From Microcoleus sp. (GTDB lineage Bacteria; Cyanobacteriota; Cyanobacteriia; Cyanobacteriales; Microcoleaceae), in contig JAYFMW010000006.1 in assembly GCA_042408215.1 (NCBI GenBank), positions 544,001 to 608,000 on the forward strand: DNA of 64,000 bases, given 5' to 3'. Shown here piece by piece: positions 32,305 to 42,949 of the stretch. Below the pieces are notes generated by a model. It was not told the DNA's origin. It saw nothing but the letters and a program-made list of their open reading frames with translations, and did not search any database. The translations under genes and the position numbers were made by a program. Numbering within the stretch: position 1 is the first letter of the stretch; each line of letters begins with the position of its first letter.

Positions 32305-32868
32305 GTGCAACTAGACTTAAACCAGCTTTGCGAACTGCTAACTGTTTTAGATAAAACCGGCATTTCGGAGCTGACGTTAAAAAGTGGAGAGCTTGAACTG
32401 ACTATACGCAAAGGCATTCAAGCCAGCGAACCAGGAACCGTCGCTGTTGGCCATCCAGCAGTTACGACTCTCGCTCCAACGATCGCAGAAACTTTTGCGA
32501 GCAACACTACCGCGTCACATCCTGCTCTGGGCCAAAATTCAGGCTCAAGTCTCACCGACGCTGCACCATCGCCACCTGCTGCTGTGCTTGCTGCTGTCGA
32601 ACCCAAATGGGTGTCAATTATTTCGCCGATGGTAGGAACCTTTTATCGGGCTGCTGCTCCCGATGAACCGCCTTTTGTCGCAGTGGGCGATCGCATCAAG
32701 GTGGGCCAGACAGTCTGCATTATTGAAGCGATGAAGCTGATGAACGAAATCGATGCCGATGAAGTATCCGGTCAAGTGATGGAAATTTTAGTTCAAAATG
32801 GTGAACCTGTGGAATACGGTCAAGTGTTGATGCGAATTAATCCGGACAGCGGCTTACTAGGATTATAG
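32305..32868 (+). CDS. accB: acetyl-CoA carboxylase biotin carboxyl carrier protein
   Basis: SPMVGTFY and EAMKLMNE biotinylation motif; efp-accB synteny. Confidence 0.96.
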   Translation: MQLDLNQLCELLTVLDKTGISELTLKSGELELTIRKGIQASEPGTVAVGHPAVTTLAPTIAETFASNTTASHPALGQNSGSSLTDAAPSPPAAVLAAVEPKWVSIISPMVGTFYRAAAPDEPPFVAVGDRIKVGQTVCIIEAMKLMNEIDADEVSGQVMEILVQNGEPVEYGQVLMRINPDSGLLGL

Positions 32869-33290
32869 AGTAACCCATAATTGGAGTGAATTGGAATAAA
32901 TCACAACGCTCCAAATACAGTTCACTTTTTCGACTCCTCTGTAGTCGCTTCCTTCAGTTTATGGGACGAGCCACGGCCAAATAGAGCGTAGTGAAGTAGG
33001 AATCTTGAGGCAGTTTACCCAAGCCTCGTACAATCTTTCGTGGTAGTCGCGCTTACACCATTCTAGTTTGATAGCACACCCAAAGCATTACTGCGTCTAG
33101 CTTTTAAGATTAAGCGTAGCCTCAAAGAGGTGGCGCTTGATTGCTTTTAACGCCACATTACGAGCAGGATTCAAGCCACTACGCAGCTCTGTACCCATCA
33201 ACCGTTGCCACTAATGCAGCACCCTGATTGATAGCCATCAAATTTCAAGTAGGGTTGAGGGCAATTTGCATCCTCAGAGAGAGTCTACAG
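32846..33290 (-). mobile_element. probable non-autonomous IS110-family relic retaining the structured left-end non-coding (bridge-RNA-like) region
   Basis: minus strand begins GTAGACT (-10-like); nested stems; ACAG at both borders; resemblance to IS110 non-coding regions is from memory and unverified. Confidence 0.45.
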
Positions 33291-33367
33291 TCATCAGCCA
33301 TCAGTTATCAGTCCCTATTCCCTGCCTTTTGACCAATGACTCATGACTCATGACTCATGACTAAAAA

Positions 33368-34171
33368 TTACTTGAGCGTAAAATTTTTGTCAAAAGTTTG
33401 GCGTGTACTCGGCTGAGCCACCTCCAACCCTTCCCCGCCCAAAAGTTCTAAAGGCTTGCTTTCCACCGAAATCCAAACCTTGGTATCCGGTTTTAAACTC
33501 GTAGCCGTATAGATAACTTGGCCCAACCGACCGATCATCGAATTGCTGCCTCCCCCCGAAGTAAATTCGGCGGACAAATCGACGTAAACTCCCTGATTCT
33601 TGACACTCAAACTCCTGAGTTTTGTCCCCTTCGGAATTGCGCTAGAAACACTTGCATCCTTCGGCCCAGCCAACAAACTGTTAAAAGCAGCTTGTAGGGT
33701 GGCATCAGGCTTGTCAGCTTCTTTGAGAGCTACTTTGGTAGGAAATACCTCAATTTTGTCGCCCACATCTTTAACCCAGTAGACTTGCACTGTCTGAGCA
33801 GCCGTCGGCTGCACGGGCTTCGGCTGCACGGGCTTCGGATTCAAAGCCTGTGGCGTCTGAGATTGAGACGTTTGAGATTCAGGCGTTTGAACCAGGGGCT
33901 TCTGAACCAGGGGCGTTTGAGCCTGTGGCGTCTGAGACAGGGGCGTTTGGACAGGATTTGGAAGGGGTACGGGAATAATTACAGCAGGGGATTCCGCAGG
34001 AGTTGGGGATAGTGCCGAAGGGGTGGGAGGGGCGGAAGACTGCGTGTCTACCGGGGTTGAGGAACGGTTCGCCGTCCACAAGGCAATTCCCCCTCCCGTC
34101 ACTAAAGCCAACCCGCAAACACCGGCAATCACGGCTGTGGAGACGCGACGTACTTCTTGTCCATCTTTCAT
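33368..34171 (-). CDS. GerMN domain protein
   Basis: N-terminal transmembrane helix; SAIPKGTKL...VDLSAEFTSGGGS...GRLGQVIYTAT. Confidence 0.88.
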   Translation of the reverse strand: MKDGQEVRRVSTAVIAGVCGLALVTGGGIALWTANRSSTPVDTQSSAPPTPSALSPTPAESPAVIIPVPLPNPVQTPLSQTPQAQTPLVQKPLVQTPESQTSQSQTPQALNPKPVQPKPVQPTAAQTVQVYWVKDVGDKIEVFPTKVALKEADKPDATLQAAFNSLLAGPKDASVSSAIPKGTKLRSLSVKNQGVYVDLSAEFTSGGGSNSMIGRLGQVIYTATSLKPDTKVWISVESKPLELLGGEGLEVAQPSTRQTFDKNFTLK

Positions 34172-34429
34172 AAGAACCTCACGGGAGCATGGAAACCGCG
34201 CACTTTTAGGTCGCGGAGGAAATGCGAATCGGCCAATAAATTTGCCGTCCAACCAGGAAACATGGTAATATCTGGGAGTCTAACAAGACACGGCGACCCT
34301 TGAATAATCGTGAAAAACGGCTCGCCCTGGACGTTAAGTTTAACAGCACTTTCCCCGCCAGAGAGCCAGTTAATCAATCTCAAGGTGAGTGAATCAAAAA
34401 CAACAAAAACCCAGTTAGACATAGAACCT

Positions 34430-34646
34430 TTGACACTCCCCGGCCTGAAGGCACGGGGATTCTTAAGACATTTCGGTCTTAATATCCCTATTTCTAGGGT
34501 TCCCAGGCTGACCACGTTTGCACAAAAATGTGTGTAGTCATATCTCCTCAAAAGTGTTTTGGGCGTATACTTTCCCCCTGTCCAGGGGTAGGTTTTTAAA
34601 TCTTGTCTGATGCCTTTACGTTGGCCACACACTGGTGGGTGCGTGG
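34430..34646 (-). ncRNA. second (distal) omega-RNA / IS605 right end
   Basis: about 63 nt identical to the tnpB right end at 34647, upstream part divergent; ends GGGGAGTGTCAA. Confidence 0.7.
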
Positions 34647-36219
34647 TTGACACTCCCCGGCCTGAAGGCACGGGGATTCTTAAGACATTTCGGTCTTAAT
34701 ATCCCTATTACGCTTAGTTCCCAAACTCACCACGTTTGCTCTTTGAGCGTGGTGATATCTTTTGGGCGTTTAGGTGCAATGCACCAGGTTTCGCGGAGTC
34801 CCCGCGTACATCCAAGGCTCTATCTCTAAGGGTTTTTGCAGCACCAATATCAGCGTGTTCGTGGTAGCCACATTCAACACAGATGAATTTTTCACCATCT
34901 CTGTTTGACTTGTCAATATTGCCACAATTTCTGCATTCTTGGCTGGAGTATTTGGGATTGACTTTAATTACGACTTTTCCTTGCTTCGCAGCTAGATACT
35001 CAATCTTTAAAATCAAATCACCCCAACTTGCGTCAGAGATAGAACGATTCAAACCTTTCTTTCTAGATTGTCCATTTTTCAGAAATCTCCCCGTCTTATC
35101 GTCAACCTTTACACGAGTGCGACGCATCATTCCCGAAATATTCAAATCTTCTAACGCAATCCCATCAACTTGACGAGATACAATTTTGTCAGCTGTTTTC
35201 CATTGATAGGCTTGGCGTCGATCGCTATTTTTTTGGTGTAACCTCCCTACTCTTTTCGTTACTTTCTTGCGATTGTTGCTACCTTTAGCTTTGCGACTAA
35301 TTCGTCGCTGTCTAATTTTTAGAGTGCGTTTAGCTTTTTTTGTGGTTGAGAATTTAGGGTTTTCAATCTGATATCCATCAGAAAAATGAACCAGTTTGGT
35401 TAGCCCCAAGTCACACCCAATTACTTTGACAACATCCTTAAGAGACCTCGCAAGGTAATCGGGAACAGACTGATCTTCAATGCGAATAGACACATACCAA
35501 CCATTTTGTCGCTTTCTAATCGCGCCAGCTTTGATGGTAAAGCCATCTGGGATTGGACGTGAGTTGTAGAATCGCATCCACCCTAATTTAGGTAGATAGA
35601 TTTTGTTACCTTGTATTTTTACACCCATTACAAAAGTAAAAGATGTAAAATTACTACGGTTCTTGAATTTAGGAAACCCCCTGCCCTCAAAGAAATTCTT
35701 GTAGGCAGTATCTAAGCGTTTAACATTCTGCTGTAGAACTGTTGAATCTATTGTGCCATACCAAGGTCTAGCTGTTTTTAAATCAGGCAGTGCCGTGATT
35801 TGAATATCGCCAGCACTTCGACGAGGATTTCTAACTTTACCTTCTTTGTCGAATTTAGGAGCTTTCCAGGGATTGCCAGTTGCACCATTTTTACTGACAT
35901 AGCAAGTGAGCGGAGAAGCTTCACTTTGAGTTCTAATGTCACAGTAGTCGCCTTGAATGAACTGTTGGTTATACTGGGTGATTCTATCGTTCAGACACCA
36001 ATTGTAGTGGCTTCTTAACATATCCACCCAGCTCGACATTTTTAAATCTTGCGCTTGGTTAGGACGGAGTTTGTAAACGTAGTTTATTAGCAACTTTAAA
36101 TTACCTCCTAAACTGTTTCTATTTGAGAATCTATTTACTTGTTTAGTCAACTAATTGTTATATTACTTAAACTTGGAAAAGCCGTCCTACAAGGACGGGG
36201 TTTTAAACCCAAATTTTTG
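34647..36219 (-). mobile_element. IS605/IS1341-type element (tnpB only)
   Basis: left end after TTAT with CCGTCCT-TGT-AGGACGG hairpin; right-end hairpin CCCCG...CGGGG followed by TCAA. Confidence 0.85.
34714..36093 (-). CDS. tnpB: RNA-guided endonuclease TnpB (IS605-type)
   Basis: GCDLG / ALEDL / HADIGAA RuvC triad; CRNC..CVEC finger; GGAGGT RBS before TTG at 36093. Confidence 0.93.
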   Translation of the reverse strand: MLINYVYKLRPNQAQDLKMSSWVDMLRSHYNWCLNDRITQYNQQFIQGDYCDIRTQSEASPLTCYVSKNGATGNPWKAPKFDKEGKVRNPRRSAGDIQITALPDLKTARPWYGTIDSTVLQQNVKRLDTAYKNFFEGRGFPKFKNRSNFTSFTFVMGVKIQGNKIYLPKLGWMRFYNSRPIPDGFTIKAGAIRKRQNGWYVSIRIEDQSVPDYLARSLKDVVKVIGCDLGLTKLVHFSDGYQIENPKFSTTKKAKRTLKIRQRRISRKAKGSNNRKKVTKRVGRLHQKNSDRRQAYQWKTADKIVSRQVDGIALEDLNISGMMRRTRVKVDDKTGRFLKNGQSRKKGLNRSISDASWGDLILKIEYLAAKQGKVVIKVNPKYSSQECRNCGNIDKSNRDGEKFICVECGYHEHADIGAAKTLRDRALDVRGDSAKPGALHLNAQKISPRSKSKRGEFGN

Positions 36220-36231
36220 ATAAAGCACTCT

Positions 36232-36412
36232 TTGAAATACTCACCGCCCGGTCGGTGCGGTGATTCTTGACGCTTCACCGACTGATGCTACCGGAGTAGT
36301 CTTACTCTGTCTCTGCGCCCTGAAGCGAGTCGTGGCGATTCCCCATCCCGACTTTTCTCAATTTTAGCTTAAAGTCGTCCTAGAAGGACGGGGCTTGTAT
36401 CCCAGTTTCTTG
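36232..36412 (-). mobile_element. 181-bp minimal IS605-derived element (left-end hairpin + omega-RNA-like segment + right end)
   Basis: follows TTGAC; CGTCCT-TCT-AGGACG hairpin; ends AAGAATCACCGC...GCGGTGAGTATTTCAA. Confidence 0.72.
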
Positions 36413-36438
36413 GTCAAAAAAATCTTTTTTCCCCAAAC

Positions 36439-36470
36439 AAAAAGCGCCCCTATTTCTAGGAGCGCTTTTT
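36439..36470 (-). terminator. intrinsic terminator of psbA (copies also at 37794-37825, 39150-39181 and 40506-40537)
   Basis: AAAAAGCGC...GCGCTTTTT hairpin about 20 nt after each stop codon. Confidence 0.85.
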
Positions 36471-36489
36471 GTTAATCAAAAGCTAAAAC

Positions 36490-37572
36490 TTAGCCGTTGA
36501 TAGAAGGAGCAACCAAAGCCACAGGAGTTGTTTCACCAGCGGCCAAGTCGAGAGGGAAGTTGTGAGCATTGCGCTCGTGCATGACTTCCATACCCAAGTT
36601 AGCGCGGTTGATGACATCAGCCCAAGTGTTGATGACACGACCTTGAGAGTCGATAATCGATTGGTTGAAGTTGAAACCGTTCAAGTTGAAAGCCATTGTG
36701 GAGATACCCAGTGCTGTGAACCAGATACCGACAACTGGCCATGCACCCAAGAAGAAGTGCAAAGAACGGCTGTTGTTGAAAGAAGCGTATTGGAAAATCA
36801 AACGACCGAAGTAGCCGTGGGCTGCAACGATGTTGTAGGTTTCTTCTTCTTGACCGAATTTGTAACCGTAGTTTTGCGATTCGGTTTCGGTTGTTTCACG
36901 AACCAAGGAAGATGTTACCAAAGAACCGTGCATGGCGGAGAACAAAGAACCACCGAAGACACCAGCAACTCCCAACATATGGAAGGGGTGCATCAGGATG
37001 TTGTGCTCGGCTTGGAACACGATCATGAAGTTGAATGTACCGGAGATACCCAAAGGCATACCGTCTGAGAAGGAGCCTTGTCCGATCGGGTAGATCAAGA
37101 ATACTGCGGTAGCTGCTGCAACTGGTGCAGAGTAGGCTACGCAAATCCAAGGGCGCATTCCTAAGCGGTAGGACAGTTCCCATTCACGACCCATGTAGCA
37201 AAATACACCGATCAGGAAGTGGAAAATTACCAATTGGTAAGGGCCGCCGTTGTACAACCACTCATCGAGGGAAGCAGCTTCCCAGATTGGGTAGAAGTGA
37301 AGACCGATGGCGTTAGACGAAGGAACAACAGCACCTGTGATGATGTTGTTACCGAACATCAAGGAACCAGCCACTGGTTCGCGGATGCCGTCGATGTCTA
37401 CAGGAGGTGCACCAATGAAGGCGACGATGTAGCAGATGGTGGCGCTTAAGAGGGTAGGAATCATCAAGACGCCGAACCAACCGATATAAATCCGGTTGTC
37501 TGTGCTTGTGACCCACTCGCAGAAGCGTTCCCAGACATTGGCGCTTTCGCGTTGTTGTAAGGTTGTTGTCAT
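36490..37572 (-). CDS. psbA: photosystem II D1 protein
   Basis: canonical 360 aa D1 sequence. Confidence 0.99.
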   Translation of the reverse strand: MTTTLQQRESANVWERFCEWVTSTDNRIYIGWFGVLMIPTLLSATICYIVAFIGAPPVDIDGIREPVAGSLMFGNNIITGAVVPSSNAIGLHFYPIWEAASLDEWLYNGGPYQLVIFHFLIGVFCYMGREWELSYRLGMRPWICVAYSAPVAAATAVFLIYPIGQGSFSDGMPLGISGTFNFMIVFQAEHNILMHPFHMLGVAGVFGGSLFSAMHGSLVTSSLVRETTETESQNYGYKFGQEEETYNIVAAHGYFGRLIFQYASFNNSRSLHFFLGAWPVVGIWFTALGISTMAFNLNGFNFNQSIIDSQGRVINTWADVINRANLGMEVMHERNAHNFPLDLAAGETTPVALVAPSING

Positions 37573-37620
37573 TTGTTTATGATTGCTGTATTTGGTTGTC
37601 AATGTTCGGATGATGTCTCT

Positions 37621-37650
37621 ATTATTACGGTAATCACTCTGGTTTGTAAA
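37621..37650 (-). promoter_or_regulatory. putative sigma70-type psbA promoter (TTTACA ... TAATAAT), repeated before the three downstream copies
   Basis: consensus-like -35/-10 about 50 nt upstream of the ATG; identical in the three copies. Confidence 0.6.
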
Positions 37651-37844
37651 GGGGTTTGGCGACAGTTAAACTGATGACGGTGATAAGTTTTGGTTATCGG
37701 ACGTTGGATTGCTTGCTGTGTCTGAAGAAACGTAGTTTAAATAAATAAGAAACTCAGCCACAAAGAACGTTAGAAAAATCTTTTTTCCCAAACAAAAAGC
37801 GCCCCTATTTCTAGGAGCGCTTTTTGTTAATCAAAAGCTAAAAC

Positions 37845-38927
37845 TTAGCCGTTGATAGAAGGAGCAACCAAAGCCACAGGAGTTGTTTCACCAGCGGCCA
37901 AGTCGAGAGGGAAGTTGTGAGCATTGCGCTCGTGCATGACTTCCATACCCAAGTTAGCGCGGTTGATGACATCAGCCCAAGTGTTGATGACACGACCTTG
38001 AGAGTCGATAATTGATTGGTTGAAGTTGAAACCGTTCAAGTTGAAAGCCATTGTGGAGATACCCAGTGCTGTGAACCAGATACCGACAACTGGCCATGCA
38101 CCCAAGAAGAAGTGCAAAGAACGGCTGTTGTTGAAAGAAGCGTATTGGAAAATCAAACGACCGAAGTAGCCGTGGGCTGCAACGATGTTGTAGGTTTCTT
38201 CTTCTTGACCGAATTTGTAACCGTAGTTTTGCGATTCGGTTTCAGTTGTTTCACGAACCAAGGAAGATGTTACCAAAGAACCGTGCATGGCGGAGAACAA
38301 GCTACCACCGAAGACACCAGCAACTCCCAACATGTGGAAGGGGTGCATCAGGATGTTGTGCTCAGCTTGGAACACGATCATGAAGTTGAATGTACCGGAG
38401 ATACCCAAAGGCATACCGTCAGAGAAGGAGCCTTGTCCGATCGGGTAGATCAAGAATACTGCGGTAGCTGCTGCAACTGGTGCAGAGTAGGCTACGCAAA
38501 TCCAAGGGCGCATTCCTAAGCGGTAGGACAGTTCCCATTCACGACCCATGTAGCAAAATACACCGATCAGGAAGTGGAAAATTACCAATTGGTAAGGGCC
38601 GCCGTTGTACAACCACTCATCGAGGGAAGCAGCTTCCCAGATTGGGTAGAAGTGAAGACCGATCGCGTTAGAAGAAGGAACAACAGCACCTGTGATGATG
38701 TTGTTACCGAACATCAAGGAACCAGCCACTGGTTCGCGGATGCCGTCGATGTCTACAGGAGGTGCACCAATGAAGGCGACGATGTAGCAGATGGTGGCGC
38801 TTAAGAGGGTAGGAATCATCAAGACGCCGAACCAACCGATATAAATCCGGTTGTCTGTGCTTGTGACCCACTCGCAGAAGCGTTCCCAGACATTGGCGCT
38901 TTCGCGTTGTTGTAAGGTTGTTGTCAT
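37845..38927 (-). CDS. psbA: photosystem II D1 protein
   Basis: identical protein. Confidence 0.99.
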   Translation of the reverse strand: MTTTLQQRESANVWERFCEWVTSTDNRIYIGWFGVLMIPTLLSATICYIVAFIGAPPVDIDGIREPVAGSLMFGNNIITGAVVPSSNAIGLHFYPIWEAASLDEWLYNGGPYQLVIFHFLIGVFCYMGREWELSYRLGMRPWICVAYSAPVAAATAVFLIYPIGQGSFSDGMPLGISGTFNFMIVFQAEHNILMHPFHMLGVAGVFGGSLFSAMHGSLVTSSLVRETTETESQNYGYKFGQEEETYNIVAAHGYFGRLIFQYASFNNSRSLHFFLGAWPVVGIWFTALGISTMAFNLNGFNFNQSIIDSQGRVINTWADVINRANLGMEVMHERNAHNFPLDLAAGETTPVALVAPSING

Positions 38928-39200
38928 GTTGTTTATGATTGCTGTATTTGGTTGTCAATGTTCGGATGATGTCTCTATTATTACGGTAATCACTCTGGTT
39001 TGTAAAGGGGTTTGGCGACAGTTAAACTGATGACGGTGATAAGTTTTGGTTATCGGACGTTGGATTGCTTGCTGTGTCTGAAGAAACGTAGTTTAAATAA
39101 ATAAGAAACTCAGCCACAAAGAACGTTAGAAAAATCTTTTTTCCCAAACAAAAAGCGCCCCTATTTCTAGGAGCGCTTTTTGTTAATCAAAAGCTAAAAC

Positions 39201-40283
39201 TTAGCCGTTGATAGAAGGAGCAACCAAAGCCACAGGAGTTGTTTCACCAGCGGCCAAGTCGAGAGGGAAGTTGTGAGCATTGCGCTCGTGCATGACTTCC
39301 ATACCCAAGTTAGCGCGGTTGATGACATCAGCCCAAGTGTTGATGACACGACCTTGAGAGTCGATAATTGATTGGTTGAAGTTGAAACCGTTCAAGTTGA
39401 AAGCCATTGTGGAGATACCCAGTGCTGTGAACCAGATACCGACAACTGGCCATGCACCCAAGAAGAAGTGCAAAGAACGGCTGTTGTTGAAAGAAGCGTA
39501 TTGGAAAATCAAACGACCGAAGTAGCCGTGGGCTGCAACGATGTTGTAGGTTTCTTCTTCTTGACCGAATTTGTAACCGTAGTTTTGCGATTCGGTTTCG
39601 GTTGTTTCACGAACCAAGGAAGATGTTACCAAAGAACCGTGCATGGCGGAGAACAAAGAACCACCGAAGACACCAGCAACTCCCAACATATGGAAGGGGT
39701 GCATCAGGATGTTGTGCTCGGCTTGGAACACGATCATGAAGTTGAATGTACCGGAGATACCCAAAGGCATACCGTCTGAGAATGAGCCTTGTCCGATCGG
39801 GTAGATCAAGAATACTGCGGTAGCGGCTGCAACTGGTGCAGAGTATGCTACGCAAATCCAAGGGCGCATTCCTAAGCGGTAGGACAATTCCCATTCACGA
39901 CCCATGTAGCAAAATACACCGATCAGGAAGTGGAAAATTACCAATTGGTAAGGGCCGCCGTTGTACAACCACTCATCGAGGGAAGCAGCTTCCCAGATTG
40001 GGTAGAAGTGTAAGCCGATCGCGTTAGACGAAGGAACAACAGCACCTGTGATGATGTTGTTACCGAACATCAAGGAACCAGCCACTGGTTCGCGGATGCC
40101 GTCGATGTCTACAGGAGGTGCACCAATGAAGGCGACGATGTAGCAGATGGTGGCGCTTAAGAGGGTAGGAATCATCAAGACGCCGAACCAACCGATATAA
40201 ATCCGGTTGTCTGTGCTTGTGACCCATTCACAGAAGCGTTCCCAGACATTGGCGCTTTCGCGTTGTTGTAAGGTTGTTGTCAT
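39201..40283 (-). CDS. psbA: photosystem II D1 protein
   Basis: identical protein. Confidence 0.99.
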   Translation of the reverse strand: MTTTLQQRESANVWERFCEWVTSTDNRIYIGWFGVLMIPTLLSATICYIVAFIGAPPVDIDGIREPVAGSLMFGNNIITGAVVPSSNAIGLHFYPIWEAASLDEWLYNGGPYQLVIFHFLIGVFCYMGREWELSYRLGMRPWICVAYSAPVAAATAVFLIYPIGQGSFSDGMPLGISGTFNFMIVFQAEHNILMHPFHMLGVAGVFGGSLFSAMHGSLVTSSLVRETTETESQNYGYKFGQEEETYNIVAAHGYFGRLIFQYASFNNSRSLHFFLGAWPVVGIWFTALGISTMAFNLNGFNFNQSIIDSQGRVINTWADVINRANLGMEVMHERNAHNFPLDLAAGETTPVALVAPSING

Positions 40284-40556
40284 TTGTTTATGATTGCTGT
40301 ATTTGGTTGTCAATGTTCGGATGATGTCTCTATTATTACGGTAATCACTCTGGTTTGTAAAGGGGTTTGGCGACAGTTAAACTGATGACGGTGATAAGTT
40401 TTGGTTATCGGACGTTGGATTGCTTGCTGTGTCTGAAGAAACGTAGTTTAAATAAATAAGAAACTCAGCCACAAAGAACGTTAGAAAAATCTTTTTTCCC
40501 CAAACAAAAAGCGCCCCTATTTCTAGGAGCGCTTTTTGTTAATCAAAAGCTAAAAC

Positions 40557-41639
40557 TTAGCCGTTGATAGAAGGAGCAACCAAAGCCACAGGAGTTGTTT
40601 CACCAGCGGCCAAGTCGAGAGGGAAGTTGTGAGCATTGCGCTCGTGCATGACTTCCATACCCAAGTTAGCGCGGTTGATGACATCAGCCCAAGTGTTGAT
40701 GACACGACCTTGAGAGTCGATAATCGATTGGTTGAAGTTGAAACCGTTCAAGTTGAAAGCCATTGTGGAGATACCCAGTGCTGTGAACCAGATACCGACA
40801 ACTGGCCATGCACCCAAGAAGAAGTGCAAAGAACGGCTGTTGTTGAAAGAAGCGTATTGGAAAATCAAACGACCGAAGTAGCCGTGGGCTGCAACGATGT
40901 TGTAGGTTTCTTCTTCTTGACCGAATTTGTAACCGTAGTTTTGCGATTCGGTTTCAGTTGTTTCACGAACCAAGGAAGATGTTACCAAAGAACCGTGCAT
41001 GGCGGAGAACAAAGAACCACCGAAGACACCAGCAACTCCCAACATGTGGAAGGGGTGCATCAGGATGTTGTGCTCAGCTTGGAACACGATCATGAAGTTG
41101 AATGTACCGGAGATACCCAAAGGCATACCGTCTGAGAAGGAGCCTTGTCCGATCGGGTAGATCAAGAATACTGCGGTAGCTGCTGCAACTGGTGCAGAGT
41201 ATGCTACGCAAATCCAAGGGCGCATTCCTAAGCGGTAGGACAGTTCCCATTCACGACCCATGTAGCAAAATACACCGATCAGGAAGTGGAAAATTACCAA
41301 TTGGTAAGGGCCGCCGTTGTACAACCACTCATCGAGGGAAGCAGCTTCCCAGATTGGGTAGAAGTGAAGACCGATCGCGTTAGAAGAAGGAACAACAGCA
41401 CCTGTGATGATGTTGTTACCGAACATCAAGGAACCAGCCACTGGTTCGCGGATGCCGTCGATGTCTACAGGAGGTGCACCAATGAAGGCGACGATGTAGC
41501 AGATGGTGGCGCTTAAGAGGGTAGGAATCATCAAGACGCCGAACCAACCGATATAAATCCGGTTGTCTGTGCTTGTGACCCACTCGCAGAAGCGTTCCCA
41601 GACATTGGCGCTTTCGCGCTGCTGTAAGGTTGTTGTCAT
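40557..41639 (-). CDS. psbA: photosystem II D1 protein (first copy, distinct upstream region)
   Basis: identical protein. Confidence 0.99.
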   Translation of the reverse strand: MTTTLQQRESANVWERFCEWVTSTDNRIYIGWFGVLMIPTLLSATICYIVAFIGAPPVDIDGIREPVAGSLMFGNNIITGAVVPSSNAIGLHFYPIWEAASLDEWLYNGGPYQLVIFHFLIGVFCYMGREWELSYRLGMRPWICVAYSAPVAAATAVFLIYPIGQGSFSDGMPLGISGTFNFMIVFQAEHNILMHPFHMLGVAGVFGGSLFSAMHGSLVTSSLVRETTETESQNYGYKFGQEEETYNIVAAHGYFGRLIFQYASFNNSRSLHFFLGAWPVVGIWFTALGISTMAFNLNGFNFNQSIIDSQGRVINTWADVINRANLGMEVMHERNAHNFPLDLAAGETTPVALVAPSING

Positions 41640-41704
41640 GTTTTTATGATTGCTTTATTTGGTTTTCAATGTTCGTGGCGGTTGTTTGTTCCGCCATGTA
41701 AATA

Positions 41705-41733
41705 AACATAAAGCATATTCTAAGGTTTGTAAA
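41705..41733 (-). promoter_or_regulatory. putative promoter of the first psbA copy (TTTACA-N17-TATGTT)
   Basis: consensus-like spacing; differs from the other three copies. Confidence 0.55.
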
Positions 41734-41998
41734 GTATTTTAACAACAGATTAACTTATATGTGTCATAAGCAAAGCTGATTCAAGTCTGGAATGCTTACT
41801 GTATGGGGATTGTAAAAACACAATCGGAAATTTGTTAAGGATCGCCCGATCAAAGAAATCTCATAATCTAGCTGCACAAGGAGATTCGGGACTGGCGTCA
41901 GTGTTAAGATAAATGAAGGGTGGCGATCGCAATCAATAAAAGTCGCAACTATATAGATAGGTAATTTTTGCGTAAGTCCGATCGATAAGTCCCAAGGA

Positions 41999-42949
41999 AT
42001 GTCCCGCACCGTCACCTACAGCCCTGCTTATACCCTCGTTCCCACTTACGAGTGTTTTAACCGCTGCACCTATTGCAATTTTCGAGCTGAACCACTGGAA
42101 AGTCCTTGGCTGACACTACCAGAAGCCCAAAAACGGCTACTGCAACTGCAAACTCAAGGTGTGATTGAAATTCTCATCCTCAGTGGCGAGGTACATCCCC
42201 AAAGTCAACGGCGCAAAGCTTGGTTTCAGCGGATTTACGAGCTCTGTGAACTCGCACTTACTCTAGGATTTTTGCCCCATACTAATGTGGGCCCACTCAG
42301 TTTTGAGGAGATGGCCCAGTTAAAACAGGTGAATGTCTCAATGGGGCTGATGTTAGAACAGTTAACGCCGAGCTTGCTAAAAACAGTTCACCGACACGCA
42401 CCCAGTAAAGTGCCAGCCCTGCGGCTGCAACAGTTAGAATGGGCTGGGGAATTGAAAATTCCGTTTACAACTGGTTTGTTGCTGGGAATCGGGGAAAGTG
42501 AGGCAAATTGGGTGGAGACATTAGAGGCGATCGCCCGAATTCATTCCTGTTATCATCATATTCAAGAAGTTATCCTTCAGCCTCACAGTCCGGGAAATAA
42601 ACAAAGTTGGGATGGTGAAGTTTTTGATGTTACAAAAATGCCGGAATTAATTGCGATCGCCCGCAGCATTTTACCTGATGAAATCGCCATCCAAATTCCG
42701 CCCAATTTAGTTACACAGCCAGAAATATTACTTGCTTGTTTAGAAGCAGGTGCTAGAGATTTAGGAGGAATTGGGCCACTGGATGAAGTCAATCCCGATT
42801 ATCCTCACCTACAACACCAAACTTTAACAGAAATTTTAGCAGCAGCGGGATGGCAACTCGTAAAGCGTTTGCCAGTTTATCCTCAGTACGATAAATGGCT
42901 GCCCCAGACATTACAAACCGCTGTCAAACACTGGAGAGTTAATGATTAA
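41999..42949 (+). CDS. cofG: 7,8-didemethyl-8-hydroxy-5-deazariboflavin (F0) synthase subunit CofG
   Basis: VTYSPAYTLVPTYECFNRCTYC radical-SAM motif; PFTTGLLLGIGE; IQIPPNL. Confidence 0.92.
   Translation: MSRTVTYSPAYTLVPTYECFNRCTYCNFRAEPLESPWLTLPEAQKRLLQLQTQGVIEILILSGEVHPQSQRRKAWFQRIYELCELALTLGFLPHTNVGPLSFEEMAQLKQVNVSMGLMLEQLTPSLLKTVHRHAPSKVPALRLQQLEWAGELKIPFTTGLLLGIGESEANWVETLEAIARIHSCYHHIQEVILQPHSPGNKQSWDGEVFDVTKMPELIAIARSILPDEIAIQIPPNLVTQPEILLACLEAGARDLGGIGPLDEVNPDYPHLQHQTLTEILAAAGWQLVKRLPVYPQYDKWLPQTLQTAVKHWRVND

Noticed and set aside
34168..34671. 167-aa minus-strand ORF downstream of tnpB
   Set aside because: It runs across omega-RNA/right-end sequence and intergenic DNA and has no recognisable domain.
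16233..36093. nuclease-dead TnpB (TldR-like regulator)
   Set aside because: Both TnpBs retain all three RuvC acidic residues.
36562..41516. repeated antisense ORFs within psbA
   Set aside because: Shadow ORFs caused by codon bias, repeated only because the gene is repeated.
36490..41639. atypical (rogue, far-red or microaerobic) D1 variant among the copies
   Set aside because: All four proteins are identical and canonical. The 370-aa ORF calls only reflect an upstream in-frame TTG.
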